A stretch of DNA of 64,000 bases from Burkholderiaceae bacterium (GCA_036844405.1 DAIUFU010000001.1:9644-73643), one strand, 5' to 3'. Shown: positions 23,480-35,528, counted from the first letter of the stretch. Translations and numbers: made by a program. Notes: generated by a model not told the origin, from the sequence alone.

Positions 23480-23610
23480 AAGAATGGCCGCCCGGATGAG
23501 CGACCGCAAGGTCGACAGGATGGCGGCTCCCTGCGCCATCCCGCAGCGGCTACGCGCCGGACGTTCTCCGACAGGAGATTCCCGATCACCCTGTCCGCAG
23601 GAGCATTGCC

Positions 23611-24528
23611 GTGCAGATCATTGAATCCGTCGCCGCGCTGCGTGCCGCCCTGGGCGAATGTGCGCGCACGGCCTTCGTGCCGACCATGGGCAATCTGCAC
23701 GAAGGCCATCTTTCGCTGGTGCGCATGGCGCGGCAGAACGGCGAACCGGTGGTGGCCAGCATCTTCGTGAATCGCCTGCAGTTTGGACCGAACGAGGATT
23801 TCGGGCGCTACCCGCGCACTTTCGAGCGCGACTGCGACGCGCTGCGCACCGCCGGCTGCGACTTCGTCTTCGCGCCCGATGAAAACGAGCTCTATCCGGT
23901 GCCGCAGACATACCGTGTGTCGACGCCGGCCGGACTCGGCGACATCCTCGAAGGCGCCTTCCGCCCGGGTTTCTTCGAAGGCGTGGCCACGGTCGTCCTG
24001 AAGCTCTTCGGTTGCGTGCAACCGGCAGTTGCCGTCTTCGGGCGCAAGGATTACCAACAGTTGCTGATCATCCGCGACATGGTCCGCCAGTTCGAACTGC
24101 CGGTGCGCATCCTCGCCGGCGACATTGCGCGCGAGGCCGATGGCCTGGCCATGTCGTCACGCAACGGCTACCTCGACGCCGGCGAGCGCGCCGAGGCACC
24201 GGCGCTGTTCCGGGCGCTGCAGGAACTCGCGCAGCAGGTGCGGGCGCTGGCTGCGGACCAGCCTGCCGGCGAGCCCCGAAAGGCCGAAAACGATGCCCAC
24301 AGCGATCCGGCGGACGACGCGTTCGCGCTCGAGGCTGCGGCCGCCCTCGAGCACGATGCCTGCGAGGCGTTGACAGCGCGCGGCTGGGCGCCCGACTACC
24401 TGACAGTGCGCCGACGTGCCGATCTCGCGCTGCCGACAGCCGCCGACCTGGCACAGCCGGGCCGGCTGGTCGCGCTTGGTGCAGCGCGACTGGGCACGAC
24501 CCGGCTGATCGACAACCTCGAGTTCTGA
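23611..24528 (+). CDS. panC: Pantoate-beta-alanine ligase
   Basis: [42 protein letters not shown]. Confidence 0.97.
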   Translation: MQIIESVAALRAALGECARTAFVPTMGNLHEGHLSLVRMARQNGEPVVASIFVNRLQFGPNEDFGRYPRTFERDCDALRTAGCDFVFAPDENELYPVPQTYRVSTPAGLGDILEGAFRPGFFEGVATVVLKLFGCVQPAVAVFGRKDYQQLLIIRDMVRQFELPVRILAGDIAREADGLAMSSRNGYLDAGERAEAPALFRALQELAQQVRALAADQPAGEPRKAENDAHSDPADDAFALEAAAALEHDACEALTARGWAPDYLTVRRRADLALPTAADLAQPGRLVALGAARLGTTRLIDNLEF

Positions 24529-24555
24529 TCGACCCTCATCCCTGACCGGCCGTCT

Positions 24556-25626
24556 TCACGCTGCCGGTGCGCTCGGGTATCCGTCCGGGTTGGCCTGCTG
24601 CCAGCGCCAGGCGTCGGCACACATGCGCTCGAGATCGTACTGCGCGCGCCAGTCGAGCAGACGAGCGGCCAGCGCCGGATCGGCATGGCACTGTGCGACG
24701 TCGCCCGGACGGCGATCGACGATCCGGTACGGCACTTTCTGCCCGCTCGCGCGTTCGAAGGCACGCACCAGATCGAGCACCGAACAGCCGATGCCGGTAC
24801 CCAGATTGACGGTGAAGGCGCCGCCCTGCCGGTCGGCATGGGCCAGCGCGGCAAGGTGTCCGCGCGCGAGATCGACGACGTGGATGTAGTCGCGCACGCC
24901 GGTGCCGTCCGGCGTCGGCCAGTCGCCGCCGAACACCGACAGCCGTTCGCGCCGGCCGACCGCGACCTGGCTGATGTACGGCATCAGGTTGTTCGGCACG
25001 CCGCGCGGATCCTCGCCGATGCGCCCGCTCTCGTGCGCGCCGACCGGATTGAAGTAGCGCAGGATGCCGATCGACCAGGTCGGGTCCGATGCCGCCAGAT
25101 CGAGCAGGATGCGCTCGATCATCGCCTTGCCGTGACCGTACGGATTGGTCGGCGCGACGCGGGCATCCTCGCGGATCGGCACCGCTTCGGGGTCACCGTA
25201 GACGGTCGCCGACGAGCTGAACACGATGCGCCGCACGCCGGCCGTCCGCATCACCCGCAGCAGCGCCAGCGTGCCGCCGACGTTGTTGTCGTAATAGTTC
25301 AGCGGATCGGCGACCGACTCGCCGACCGCCTTGAGACCGGCAAAATGGATCACCGCATCGAACGCATGTGCATCGAACACCCGCGCCAGCACCGCTTCGT
25401 CGCGCAGATCGGCAACGACGAGTGCCGCCGTGCGGCCGGTGATGTCCTCGACGCGCTGCAGGGCCACCGGGCTCGCATTCGACAGATTGTCGATGACGAC
25501 GACGTCGTGGCCGGTCTGCAGCAACTCCACGACGGTGTGTGAGCCGATATAGCCGGCGCCACCGGTCACCAGCACCTTCCGGGCCCCTGCGGATCCGGCC
25601 TGTCTTGCCGTCTGCGTCAACGCCAT
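24556..25626 (-). CDS. galE: UDP-glucose 4-epimerase
   Basis: TGGAGYIGSH, HFAGLKAVGES, FSSSATVYG, YGHGK, LRYFNPVGAH, PNNLMPY. Confidence 0.96.
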   Translation of the reverse strand: MALTQTARQAGSAGARKVLVTGGAGYIGSHTVVELLQTGHDVVVIDNLSNASPVALQRVEDITGRTAALVVADLRDEAVLARVFDAHAFDAVIHFAGLKAVGESVADPLNYYDNNVGGTLALLRVMRTAGVRRIVFSSSATVYGDPEAVPIREDARVAPTNPYGHGKAMIERILLDLAASDPTWSIGILRYFNPVGAHESGRIGEDPRGVPNNLMPYISQVAVGRRERLSVFGGDWPTPDGTGVRDYIHVVDLARGHLAALAHADRQGGAFTVNLGTGIGCSVLDLVRAFERASGQKVPYRIVDRRPGDVAQCHADPALAARLLDWRAQYDLERMCADAWRWQQANPDGYPSAPAA

Positions 25627-25819
25627 CCTCCACGATCATGATGTCCTGCCGGGTGCGGCATCTGCCGTCTCTGCCCCGAAGTGTGGCGCACCGGCCTGCG
25701 CGACGCCCTCGGCGAGGCTGTCACGTCGGCGTCCCGTCCGGGATGTTCCGGCGCCTCAAGGACCCGCGCACCCCAGTATTTCATACTGCCGAGGGGCCGG
25801 GCGCCGTACAATCGCCGCC

Positions 25820-27253
25820 ATGCTGATTCCCGTCATCCTCTCCGGTGGTGCCGGAACCCGTTTGTGGCCGGTCTCGCGTGAGGCGTCACCCAAGCCGTTC
25901 ATGAAGCTGGATGGCCGCACGAGCCTGCTGCGCCACACGCTCGAACGTGCCCTGCCGCTGGCTGGCGCCGGGCGGGCAGCGATCGTGACCAACCGCGAGT
26001 ATTTCTTCCGCACGCGCGAGGAGATCGCCGCCTGCGCGCTCGCCCGTGAGGTCCGCGTGACCCAGTTGCTCGAACCGAGCGGGCGCAATACCGCGCCGGC
26101 GGTCGCCATCGCCGCGCTGTGGGCGCAGGAAATCGATCCGGACGCCGTGCTCCTGGTCCTGCCGGCCGATCATCTGATTCCGGATGTCGAGGCATTCCGG
26201 CTGGTGGCGCGTCAGGCAGCCGAACTGGCGGCTGCTGGATCGATCGTGCTCTTCGGCGTGCGCCCGAGCGCGCCCGAAACCGGTTTCGGCTACATCGAGC
26301 TGGGCGACCGGCTGGCCGGGGATGCCCACCGGGTGCAGCGTTTCGTCGAGAAGCCGGATGCCGCGCTGGCCGTACAGTTCCTGGCCAGCGGCAACTTCGT
26401 CTGGAACAGCGGCATGTTCTGCTTCGGTGCCGGCACGATTCTGGCTGCGCTGGACACACATGCTCCCGAGCTGCTCGCCGCCGCCCGCAGCGCCTGGGAA
26501 GCAAGCTGCGAGCGCGCCACCGACGAGCAGATGCCGATTGCCGAGCAGGCCTTCGGCCGGTGTCCGGAAATCTCGCTCGACTACGCGGTCATGGAGAAAG
26601 CCGAAGATGTCGTGGTCCTGCCAGCATCCTTTCACTGGAGCGACATCGGCTCCTGGAAAGCCGTGTCGGAACAGTTCGCGGCCGACGACGGCGGCAACAC
26701 GGTCGTCGGCGAGGCACTGCTGGAGGATGCAACGAACACGCACGTGCAGAGCGAAGACCGCCTGGTGGCCGCCATCGGCGTCGACAATCTGCTCATCGTC
26801 GATACCCCCGACGCCCTGCTGGTCGCCGACAAGAATGCGAGCCAGCAGGTGCGCACCATCGTCGATCGACTGAAATCGTCGGGGCACGAGTCGGCACGCC
26901 TGCACCGCACCGTCGTGCGTCCCTGGGGCACGTACACCGTGCTCCAGCAGGGTCCGCGCTTCAAGATCAAGCGGATCGAAGTCAGGCCGAAGGAGAGCCT
27001 GTCGCTGCAGATGCACCACCATCGCAGCGAGCACTGGGTCGTCGTCTCCGGCACGGCGAGGGTGCAGTGCGATGAACGCAGCTATCTGGTGGCGGCCAAC
27101 GAATCGACCTACATTCCGATCGGAACCCGGCACCGGCTGGAAAATCCCGGTGTCGTGCCGCTGATCATGATCGAAGTGCAGTGCGGCGACTATCTCGGCG
27201 AGGACGACATCGTGCGCTTCGAGGATGTCTACGGACGCTCGACGAATGGCTGA
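25820..27253 (+). CDS. manC: Mannose-1-phosphate guanylyltransferase / mannose-6-phosphate isomerase
   Basis: ILSGGAGTRLWPVSR, EP.GRNTAPA, WNSGMF, SLQMHHHRSEHW cupin. Confidence 0.96.
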   Translation: MLIPVILSGGAGTRLWPVSREASPKPFMKLDGRTSLLRHTLERALPLAGAGRAAIVTNREYFFRTREEIAACALAREVRVTQLLEPSGRNTAPAVAIAALWAQEIDPDAVLLVLPADHLIPDVEAFRLVARQAAELAAAGSIVLFGVRPSAPETGFGYIELGDRLAGDAHRVQRFVEKPDAALAVQFLASGNFVWNSGMFCFGAGTILAALDTHAPELLAAARSAWEASCERATDEQMPIAEQAFGRCPEISLDYAVMEKAEDVVVLPASFHWSDIGSWKAVSEQFAADDGGNTVVGEALLEDATNTHVQSEDRLVAAIGVDNLLIVDTPDALLVADKNASQQVRTIVDRLKSSGHESARLHRTVVRPWGTYTVLQQGPRFKIKRIEVRPKESLSLQMHHHRSEHWVVVSGTARVQCDERSYLVAANESTYIPIGTRHRLENPGVVPLIMIEVQCGDYLGEDDIVRFEDVYGRSTNG

Positions 27254-27259
27254 AGGCAT

Positions 27260-27982
27260 GTGAATACGGATCGGCGCCAGACTCCGTCCGGCACGGCCGC
27301 ACGGCCGCAGCCGCGAAAATCGTCCGTGGCGGCACACGTGCGTGCCCCGGGGCAACCGGTGCGCTATTTTTTCGCGCTGCGCCCGGACACGGCAGCTGCC
27401 GGTGAACTGGCGGCGCTGGCCGCACAACTGGCGCACCGGCATGGTGGCCGGGCACTCGTCGCCGAGGATATCCACCTCACACTGGCTTTCGTCGGCCAAC
27501 GCGCGCGCGACGACCAGGAAAGACTGACTGCCCTCCTGGAAGGACTGCCGGCACAGCCCGGCATCGGCGGCGCAGCAGCTCCGGAAGGAACCGGACCGAT
27601 CCGGCTCGAACGGCTCGGCACCTTCGACCATGGGCTGCTCTGGATCGGTCCACCCGCTGCCGGTCGGCACGGGCAGGACTGCAATGGCCCCGCCGGCCCG
27701 ATGGCGAGCGAACTCCGCACGCGCCTGCGGACAGCCGGCATCGGCTTCGACGAGCGGCCGCTGGTTCTGCACGCCACGCTCGTTCGCGGCGCACACGAAG
27801 TTCCCGCCGACCCGACGGACTGCGCCGGCGGCCGAAAAATCGTCGTCACTCGCGCCGGAGTGATGGTCGAGCCCGCCATCATCGCCCGTGCCTGGGCGCC
27901 TGCCCTGGGCTTTTCAGGCGATCCGCTGCCGGCCGGACGCCGGTATCGCTGGTCGCATCCGATGCCACAATGTCTGTCCTGA
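27260..27982 (+). CDS. thpR: RNA 2',3'-cyclic phosphodiesterase (2H phosphoesterase)
   Basis: RYFFAL, two HxT motifs (HLTLAF, HATL); start uncertain. Confidence 0.78.
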   Translation: MNTDRRQTPSGTAARPQPRKSSVAAHVRAPGQPVRYFFALRPDTAAAGELAALAAQLAHRHGGRALVAEDIHLTLAFVGQRARDDQERLTALLEGLPAQPGIGGAAAPEGTGPIRLERLGTFDHGLLWIGPPAAGRHGQDCNGPAGPMASELRTRLRTAGIGFDERPLVLHATLVRGAHEVPADPTDCAGGRKIVVTRAGVMVEPAIIARAWAPALGFSGDPLPAGRRYRWSHPMPQCLS

Positions 27983-28045
27983 CCGTTTGCGCAGGCTGTT
28001 GCGCTGCCTGACGGCCGGCCCCGAACACCGATCTGCGAAGCTGCC

Positions 28046-29500
28046 GTGCGCCCCGTCCTCCAGAATCTTGCGGCCCTCGTGGCCACGATCCTCATCGCCG
28101 TTGCGCTGGCCACCTGGGTCTCCGAACGATCCGCACTGCTGTGGCTCGGCGCGGTCCTGATCGCCTACGGCCTGACCGAGACCCTCTATCTGGGCCGCCT
28201 GTACCACTGGACTGCGCTGCCCCGCAACCGCTCGCTGCCGGTCGGCTATGGCCCCTGGCGGGCCCTGATCTCCCGGCTGGCCCGCTTCGCGCGCCAGGAA
28301 GCCGACGCACAGGCCGAACTGGCTGGCGAGCTGGAACGCATCCATGCGGCCGTCGATCAACTGCCCGACGGTCTCGTCGTCCTCGATCGTTACGATCACG
28401 TGGTCTGGGCCAACGATGCCGCCGAGAACCTGCACGGCATCTTCGGCAGCCGCCGCCCCATTCATCACTTCATCCGCCATCCGGAACTGGAGCGCCTGCT
28501 TGATTTGGCCGAATCCGACGAACCCGTGCAGTGCGAGCTGACCACGCGCCACGGGCGCAGATTCGAACTGCTGGTACACCGCACGCAGAGCGGTCAGAAA
28601 CTGCTGATCACCCGTGACGTCACCGAGCGCGTCCAGCTCGATGCCATGCGCAGCGATTTCGTCGCCAATGTCTCGCACGAGATCTTCACGCCGGTCAAGG
28701 CAGTCACCGAGTCGGCGCAACGGCTCATGGCGGCACTCGATGACGATGCACCGGTGGATCGCTCGGCGCTGCGCACGATCATCGAACAGAGCCGGGTGAT
28801 GCAGCGTCTCGTCGACGATCTGCTCACGCTCAGTTCGCTCGAAGACGAATCGCAGGGACTGGCCGACGACACCGTCGACATCGCTTCCCTGCTCGAACGG
28901 CTGCTCATCGAGGCACGCGCGATCTCGGCCGGGCGGCACACGATCGAACTCGTGCTGGACGGCCCGCGCAGGGTGCGCGCCGCCGGTGCCGAACTCGAAA
29001 AGGCCGTCCACAACCTGCTCACCAACGCGATCCGCTACACGCCGGAGGGCGGGCGCATCACGATCGACTGGCGCGTGCAGGAAAACGAAGGGCGACTTTC
29101 GATCAGCGATACCGGCATCGGCATTTCCACCGACCACATGGTGCGTCTGTCCGAGCGCTTCTACCGGGTCGACCAGGACCGCTCGCGTGCCACCGGCGGC
29201 ACCGGGCTCGGACTGGCGATCGTCAAGCACATCATGGCGCGCCACCGCGGGCAGTTGCGCTTCGACAGCACGCCCGGGCGCGGCAGCACCTTCACACTGT
29301 GCCTGCCGGCGGCACGCCTGCTGGCGGACGATGCGCCGGCGCCGGACGTGGCCGGTTCCGCCCCGACCGCTCAGACCGCTCAGACCGCTCAGACCGCTCA
29401 GACCGGCTCCGGGACTGCTCCGGATGCGTCGCCGGCGACACGCGCAGGGGAATCCGCGGCCGGAGAAGCACCGCTGGACGGGTCCGACGCGTCGGCATGA
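28046..29500 (+). CDS. PhoR-like sensor histidine kinase (orphan, variant H-box)
   Basis: Two N-terminal TM helices, PAS-like region, DFVANVSHE, NLLTNAIRYTPEGG, DTGIGI, ERFYRVD..RSRATGGTGLGLAIVKH. Confidence 0.88.
   Translation: MRPVLQNLAALVATILIAVALATWVSERSALLWLGAVLIAYGLTETLYLGRLYHWTALPRNRSLPVGYGPWRALISRLARFARQEADAQAELAGELERIHAAVDQLPDGLVVLDRYDHVVWANDAAENLHGIFGSRRPIHHFIRHPELERLLDLAESDEPVQCELTTRHGRRFELLVHRTQSGQKLLITRDVTERVQLDAMRSDFVANVSHEIFTPVKAVTESAQRLMAALDDDAPVDRSALRTIIEQSRVMQRLVDDLLTLSSLEDESQGLADDTVDIASLLERLLIEARAISAGRHTIELVLDGPRRVRAAGAELEKAVHNLLTNAIRYTPEGGRITIDWRVQENEGRLSISDTGIGISTDHMVRLSERFYRVDQDRSRATGGTGLGLAIVKHIMARHRGQLRFDSTPGRGSTFTLCLPAARLLADDAPAPDVAGSAPTAQTAQTAQTAQTGSGTAPDASPATRAGESAAGEAPLDGSDASA
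29365..29405 (+). repeat. 9-bp tandem repeat (GACCGCTCA x4.5) encoding TAQ repeats
   Basis: Directly visible in the sequence. Confidence 0.95.
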
Positions 29501-30639
29501 CGGCCGAGATGGAAATCGGCGTCACCATACTGCCGGGCAAGCACCGTCAGGCGCTTGAAGGCATGCGCGATCGCGCTCTCCAGCGTCATGCCGATGCCGC
29601 CGTGCAACTGGATGGCTTCCTGTCCGATGTGCCGACAGGCCGTTGCGACCAGCGCTTTCGCCGCTGACACGACGCGCACACGCTCCGCCGGATCGATCCT
29701 GCCACGCGCGGCCGCATCCACGCGCGCGCAGGCCAGCAGGGTGATCGAGCGCGCCTGAGTGGCCTGGATCGTCATTTCGACGAGCCGGTGCTGCAACGCC
29801 TGGAAACTCCCGATCGGCACGCCGAACTGCCGGCGTGTCTTCACGTATTCGAGCGTCGCGCGATTCGCCAGATCCATGACGCCGATGGCTTCGGCGCAGG
29901 TCAGCGCCGTGGCGAAATCGATCGCTTCGGCGATTGCCGCCGCCGCATCGGTCGGGTCGGTGCCCGGTTGCAACAGCGCGTCGGCAGGCAAATCCACCTC
30001 CCGGAACCGGACGTCGCCGGCACGCAGGTCGTCGATGGTGCGGAAGGACCGGCACGTGACCCCCCTGGCCCGTGGATCGACGACGAAGACCCCCATCCGG
30101 GCGTCGCCGTCTCCCGCCTGTCCGAGCTGCGCCGTCACGACGAACCGGTCGGCCAGCGGCGCATGGATCACCATCTGCTTGTCACCCGACAGGCGCCAGC
30201 CGTCGCCCGAACGCAGTGCCCGGCTGGTCACCGTCCCCGGGGTCTCGTCGAACGGCTCCTCGTCGTGCGCGAACGCCAGGCGCAACGAGCCGTCGATGAG
30301 GTGCGGCAGCCACCGCGCGCGCTGCACCGGGCTGCCCAGGGTGGCGATCAGCCGGCCGGCTGGCGCCAGCGTCGACAGCACCGGCTCGAGCAGCAGCGAT
30401 TCGCCGCAGGCGGCCAGCGGCGCCAGCAGATCGAGCGCGCCGCCGCCGTAGCCGCCGTCGTCCTCGGCAAACGGCACCGACAGCAGGCCGATCGCCGCCA
30501 GTTCGTGCCAGAGCGCGGAATCGCTGCCCGACGGCGACGCAATGATGGCCTGCCGCGCCTGGAAATCATGTCGGCGCCGCAGCAACCGGGCAATGCTGTC
30601 CGTGAGCAGTTGCTGCTCTTCGTTCAGCCGGAAATCCAT
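29398..30639 (-). CDS. Acyl-CoA dehydrogenase (PimD-like small subunit)
   Basis: MDFRLNEEQQLL, TRRQFGVPIGSFQALQHRL, AIQLHGGIGMT. Confidence 0.92.
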   Translation of the reverse strand: MDFRLNEEQQLLTDSIARLLRRRHDFQARQAIIASPSGSDSALWHELAAIGLLSVPFAEDDGGYGGGALDLLAPLAACGESLLLEPVLSTLAPAGRLIATLGSPVQRARWLPHLIDGSLRLAFAHDEEPFDETPGTVTSRALRSGDGWRLSGDKQMVIHAPLADRFVVTAQLGQAGDGDARMGVFVVDPRARGVTCRSFRTIDDLRAGDVRFREVDLPADALLQPGTDPTDAAAAIAEAIDFATALTCAEAIGVMDLANRATLEYVKTRRQFGVPIGSFQALQHRLVEMTIQATQARSITLLACARVDAAARGRIDPAERVRVVSAAKALVATACRHIGQEAIQLHGGIGMTLESAIAHAFKRLTVLARQYGDADFHLGRHADASDPSSGASPAADSPARVAGDASGAVPEPV

Positions 30640-30794
30640 TCAGTCATCCTCCCGTCCCGTCTCTTCCCGCCACGGCCAGCGCCGACGCCTGGGGGGGGCA
30701 GGCATGGAGCGTCGCATGCTCCCGAAGAACGGGCGCCGTCATCCGCCACACCCGGAAAACGTGCAAACGGGACGAATGCTCCCTTCGAAAGCCG

Positions 30795-31973
30795 TCACAG
30801 TCCAAGCAGACCCCTTGCGATCAGATTGCGCTGGATTTCGTTGGATCCGGCATAGATCGACGTCTTGCGGAAATTGAAATAACGCGGTGCAAGTGCCGCC
30901 GTCTGCCGGTCGAAACCCTCGTAGTCGATCGGCCGGAACCGGCGTGCAGCACGCCCCGCCGCCTGCATGCGCAATTCGGTCAGCTCCTGCTGGATTTCGG
31001 TGCCGCGGATCTTGAGCATCGACACTTCGGGGCCGATCGCTCCGGTGCGCTGCATTTCGTCGACGAAACGCAGATTGGTCATCTCCAGCGCCATCAGTTC
31101 GATCTCGACACGCGCGAGCCGGTCACGAAAGCGGACATCGGCAAGCAGCGAACGGCCGTTCTTCACCGTGCGCGCGGCGATTTCCTTCAGCCGGGCCAGT
31201 TCCCGCTTCGAGACGCCGATGCGCCCGGTGTTCAGGCGCTCGTAGCCGAGCAGGTACTTCGCCACCGTCCAGCCTTCGTTTTCGCGATGAACGAGGTTCT
31301 CGACCGGCACCGCGACGTCGTCGAAGAACACTTCATTGACCTCGTGTGCCTCGTCGAGCAGGATCAGTGGCCGCACCGTGATGCCCGGCGTCTTCATGTC
31401 GACGAGCAGGAAACTGATGCCTTCCTGGCGGCGCCCGCCGCCGCTGCCGGTGCGCACGAGGCAGAACATCCAGTCGGCAAAATGCGCCAGCGTCGTCCAG
31501 ATCTTCTGCCCGTTCAGCACGTAATGCGCTCCGCGCCGCACCGCACGCATCTTCAGCGAGGCGAGATCCGAGCCCGAATCGGGTTCGGAATAGCCCTGGC
31601 ACCAGAAATCCTCGCCATCGTAGATGCGCGGCAGGAAACGGCGCTTCTGCGCTTCCGTCCCGAAACGCAGCAGCACCGGCGCGCACATCATGACGCCGAA
31701 CGGCGCCACTGGTGGCGCGGCCGCGAGCGCGCACTCTTCCTCGAAGAGATAGCGCTGCACCGGTGTCCAGCCGGTGCCACCCCATTCCCGCGGCCAGGCC
31801 GGGGCGATCCAGCCACGCTGTGCAAGGATGCGGTGCCAGCGCAGCAGATCGTCGCGCGTCAATTCCTCGTATTCGAGCACCTTGCGCCGCAGATCGGACG
31901 GCACACTGGCAGCGAGCCAGACGCGCACCTCGTTGCGGAACGCCTCTTCCTGCGGCGAAGCTTCCAGGTCCAT
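30795..31973 (-). CDS. Acyl-CoA dehydrogenase (PimC-like large subunit)
   Basis: WCQGYSEPDSGSDLASL, NGQKIWTT, VNEVFFDDV, SIYAGSNEIQRN. Confidence 0.93.
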   Translation of the reverse strand: MDLEASPQEEAFRNEVRVWLAASVPSDLRRKVLEYEELTRDDLLRWHRILAQRGWIAPAWPREWGGTGWTPVQRYLFEEECALAAAPPVAPFGVMMCAPVLLRFGTEAQKRRFLPRIYDGEDFWCQGYSEPDSGSDLASLKMRAVRRGAHYVLNGQKIWTTLAHFADWMFCLVRTGSGGGRRQEGISFLLVDMKTPGITVRPLILLDEAHEVNEVFFDDVAVPVENLVHRENEGWTVAKYLLGYERLNTGRIGVSKRELARLKEIAARTVKNGRSLLADVRFRDRLARVEIELMALEMTNLRFVDEMQRTGAIGPEVSMLKIRGTEIQQELTELRMQAAGRAARRFRPIDYEGFDRQTAALAPRYFNFRKTSIYAGSNEIQRNLIARGLLGL

Positions 31974-32028
31974 CCAGTCCTCCCGTACCGGAAAACGCCT
32001 GCGCCCGGGCAGGAACCTGCCGGTCGCC

Positions 32029-33465
32029 CTACTCCAGCGCTTCGATGCCGACCGCCGCGCACGCAGCCAGATCGGACGGTGCGCATGCCGGCAGCTGCGA
32101 CGACAGATGACGCAGCGCCGTGCGCAGCCCTTCTTCCAGAACCGGATGATAGAAGGGCAGGCGCAACAGTTCATGCACGGTGAGCCGGCGATCGATCGCC
32201 AGCGCCAGCAGATGCGCCAGATGACCGCCCGACGGGGCGCACAGTTCGCTGCCGAGCAGCACACCCGTATGCGCATCGGCGTACAGCCGAAGCGCGCCCC
32301 GGTTGCGCTGTTCGATGCGCGCACGCGACTGCCGGTCGAAACGCACTTCGCCGATGCGCACCTGCTTCGCGTCCAGCTGTGAAAAACGGGTGCCGATGAC
32401 GGCCACTTCCGGATCCGAAAACACGATCGACATCGGCACCCGGCGCCGGAACTGCGGAGGCTGCGCGTTCCCGGCGAGCAGCGCGGCGACCTGCAGGCCG
32501 GCCATGTGCCCATCATCGGCCGCCTCGTGCTGCAGCGGCAGGCGCGCAGCCACGTCGCCGACGATGAACACGGGCAGCCCGGCGACCCGCATCGTCAGCG
32601 GATCGATCGTCGGCAGGCCCCGGTCGTTCAGCGGCACGCCAAGCGCGTCCAGACCGAGATCGTGCAGATCGGGGCGCCGGCCCAGCGCCGCGAGCACGGC
32701 ATCGACCTGCACCTCCTGCGCGCCCGCACGGACGCGGATCGTGCCGTGATCGTCCTGCGTCACGCTCGCCCGGGCGCCGACATGCACCGCGAATTCCTGG
32801 CGCAGCGACTCCAGCAGCGCTTCGTTGACGACCGGATCGCCGAGACCGGCCAGCGACTCGTGCGAGCCGAATGCGGTCACGTCGATGCCGAGACGGGACA
32901 GTGCCTGCGCCATTTCGACGCCGATCGCCCCCATCCCGACGACCGCGATGCGCCGCGGCAGATCCTCGCATTCGAACAGCGAATCACTCGTCAGCAGGCG
33001 TTCGCCCAGCACCCGCCAGGGGTCGGGAACGACCGGGCGCGAACCCGTCGCCACGATGATGTGGCGCGCGCGCAGGCGGCGGCCGTTCACCTCGACGCAA
33101 TCCGGTGCCAGCAGACGCGCGCGGCCGGTGATCGCGTGCGCCTGCGGATCCTCGGTGGCGCGCAGCGCACCCGCAACGAAGCCGTCGCGCAGCGCGCGCA
33201 CGCGCGCCAGCACGGCCGGCACGTCGACGCTCAGACCGGAGCCGCCGCGGATGCCGAAAGCCTCCAGCGCATCCCGCCGATGAAAGGCATCGGCGGCCGC
33301 AATCAATGCCTTTGACGGCATGCAGCCGGTGCGGGCACAGGTGGTGCCCCAGGGGCCGGCATCGATGATCGCGAAGCGATCGGTCTGCTTGCGGACCTCG
33401 CGCAAGGCCGACAGACCGGCGGTACCGCCGCCGATGATGACGACGTCCAGCGTTTCATCCTTCAT
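32029..33465 (-). CDS. Dihydrolipoyl dehydrogenase-like pyridine nucleotide-disulfide oxidoreductase
   Basis: IIGGGTAG FAD motif, GTTCARTGCMPSK redox disulfide, FYHPVLEE acid-base motif. Confidence 0.88.
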   Translation of the reverse strand: MKDETLDVVIIGGGTAGLSALREVRKQTDRFAIIDAGPWGTTCARTGCMPSKALIAAADAFHRRDALEAFGIRGGSGLSVDVPAVLARVRALRDGFVAGALRATEDPQAHAITGRARLLAPDCVEVNGRRLRARHIIVATGSRPVVPDPWRVLGERLLTSDSLFECEDLPRRIAVVGMGAIGVEMAQALSRLGIDVTAFGSHESLAGLGDPVVNEALLESLRQEFAVHVGARASVTQDDHGTIRVRAGAQEVQVDAVLAALGRRPDLHDLGLDALGVPLNDRGLPTIDPLTMRVAGLPVFIVGDVAARLPLQHEAADDGHMAGLQVAALLAGNAQPPQFRRRVPMSIVFSDPEVAVIGTRFSQLDAKQVRIGEVRFDRQSRARIEQRNRGALRLYADAHTGVLLGSELCAPSGGHLAHLLALAIDRRLTVHELLRLPFYHPVLEEGLRTALRHLSSQLPACAPSDLAACAAVGIEALE

Positions 33466-33663
33466 CAGGTTCTCCTTGCCACCACAACCGGTGACCACGA
33501 CCGCTGGCCGGATTTTCCTGCCGTCGGCCAACGCAGTGCCGCACTGCGCAAGCGTGCGCTGCCGACACCCGTCGACCGGGCAACGAGCCGCGGCTGCCAC
33601 CGGCCGGACACTGCACGCCCGGCGTGATCACCCCGATGATGCCCAAACCGGCGCGCGAACCCC

Positions 33664-35391
<1,728 letters not shown>

Positions 35392-35441
35392 CCGGTGTTT
35401 CCATCCGGGCCGGCAGCACGGGGGCCGCGGAAGCCGCATTC

Positions 35442-35528
35442 TGGTGCCGGAGGCGGGAATCGAACCCGCACGCCCTCTCGGGCACCGGATTTTGAGTCCG
35501 GCGCGTCTACCAGTTCCACCACTCCGGC
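35442..35528 (-). tRNA. tRNA-Leu (anticodon CAA)
   Basis: 87-nt cloverleaf GCCGGAG...CTCCGGC-A-CCA, anticodon loop CTCAAAA, long variable arm, GGTTCGATT T-loop. Confidence 0.97.

Noticed and set aside
24556..27253. galE/manC as part of a polysaccharide island
   Set aside because: No glycosyltransferase, flippase or polymerase genes nearby, and no low-GC signature.
35392..35528. tRNA-Leu as an integration site for an island
   Set aside because: No integrase and no duplicated tRNA 3' end seen; cvrA follows directly and composition is unchanged.
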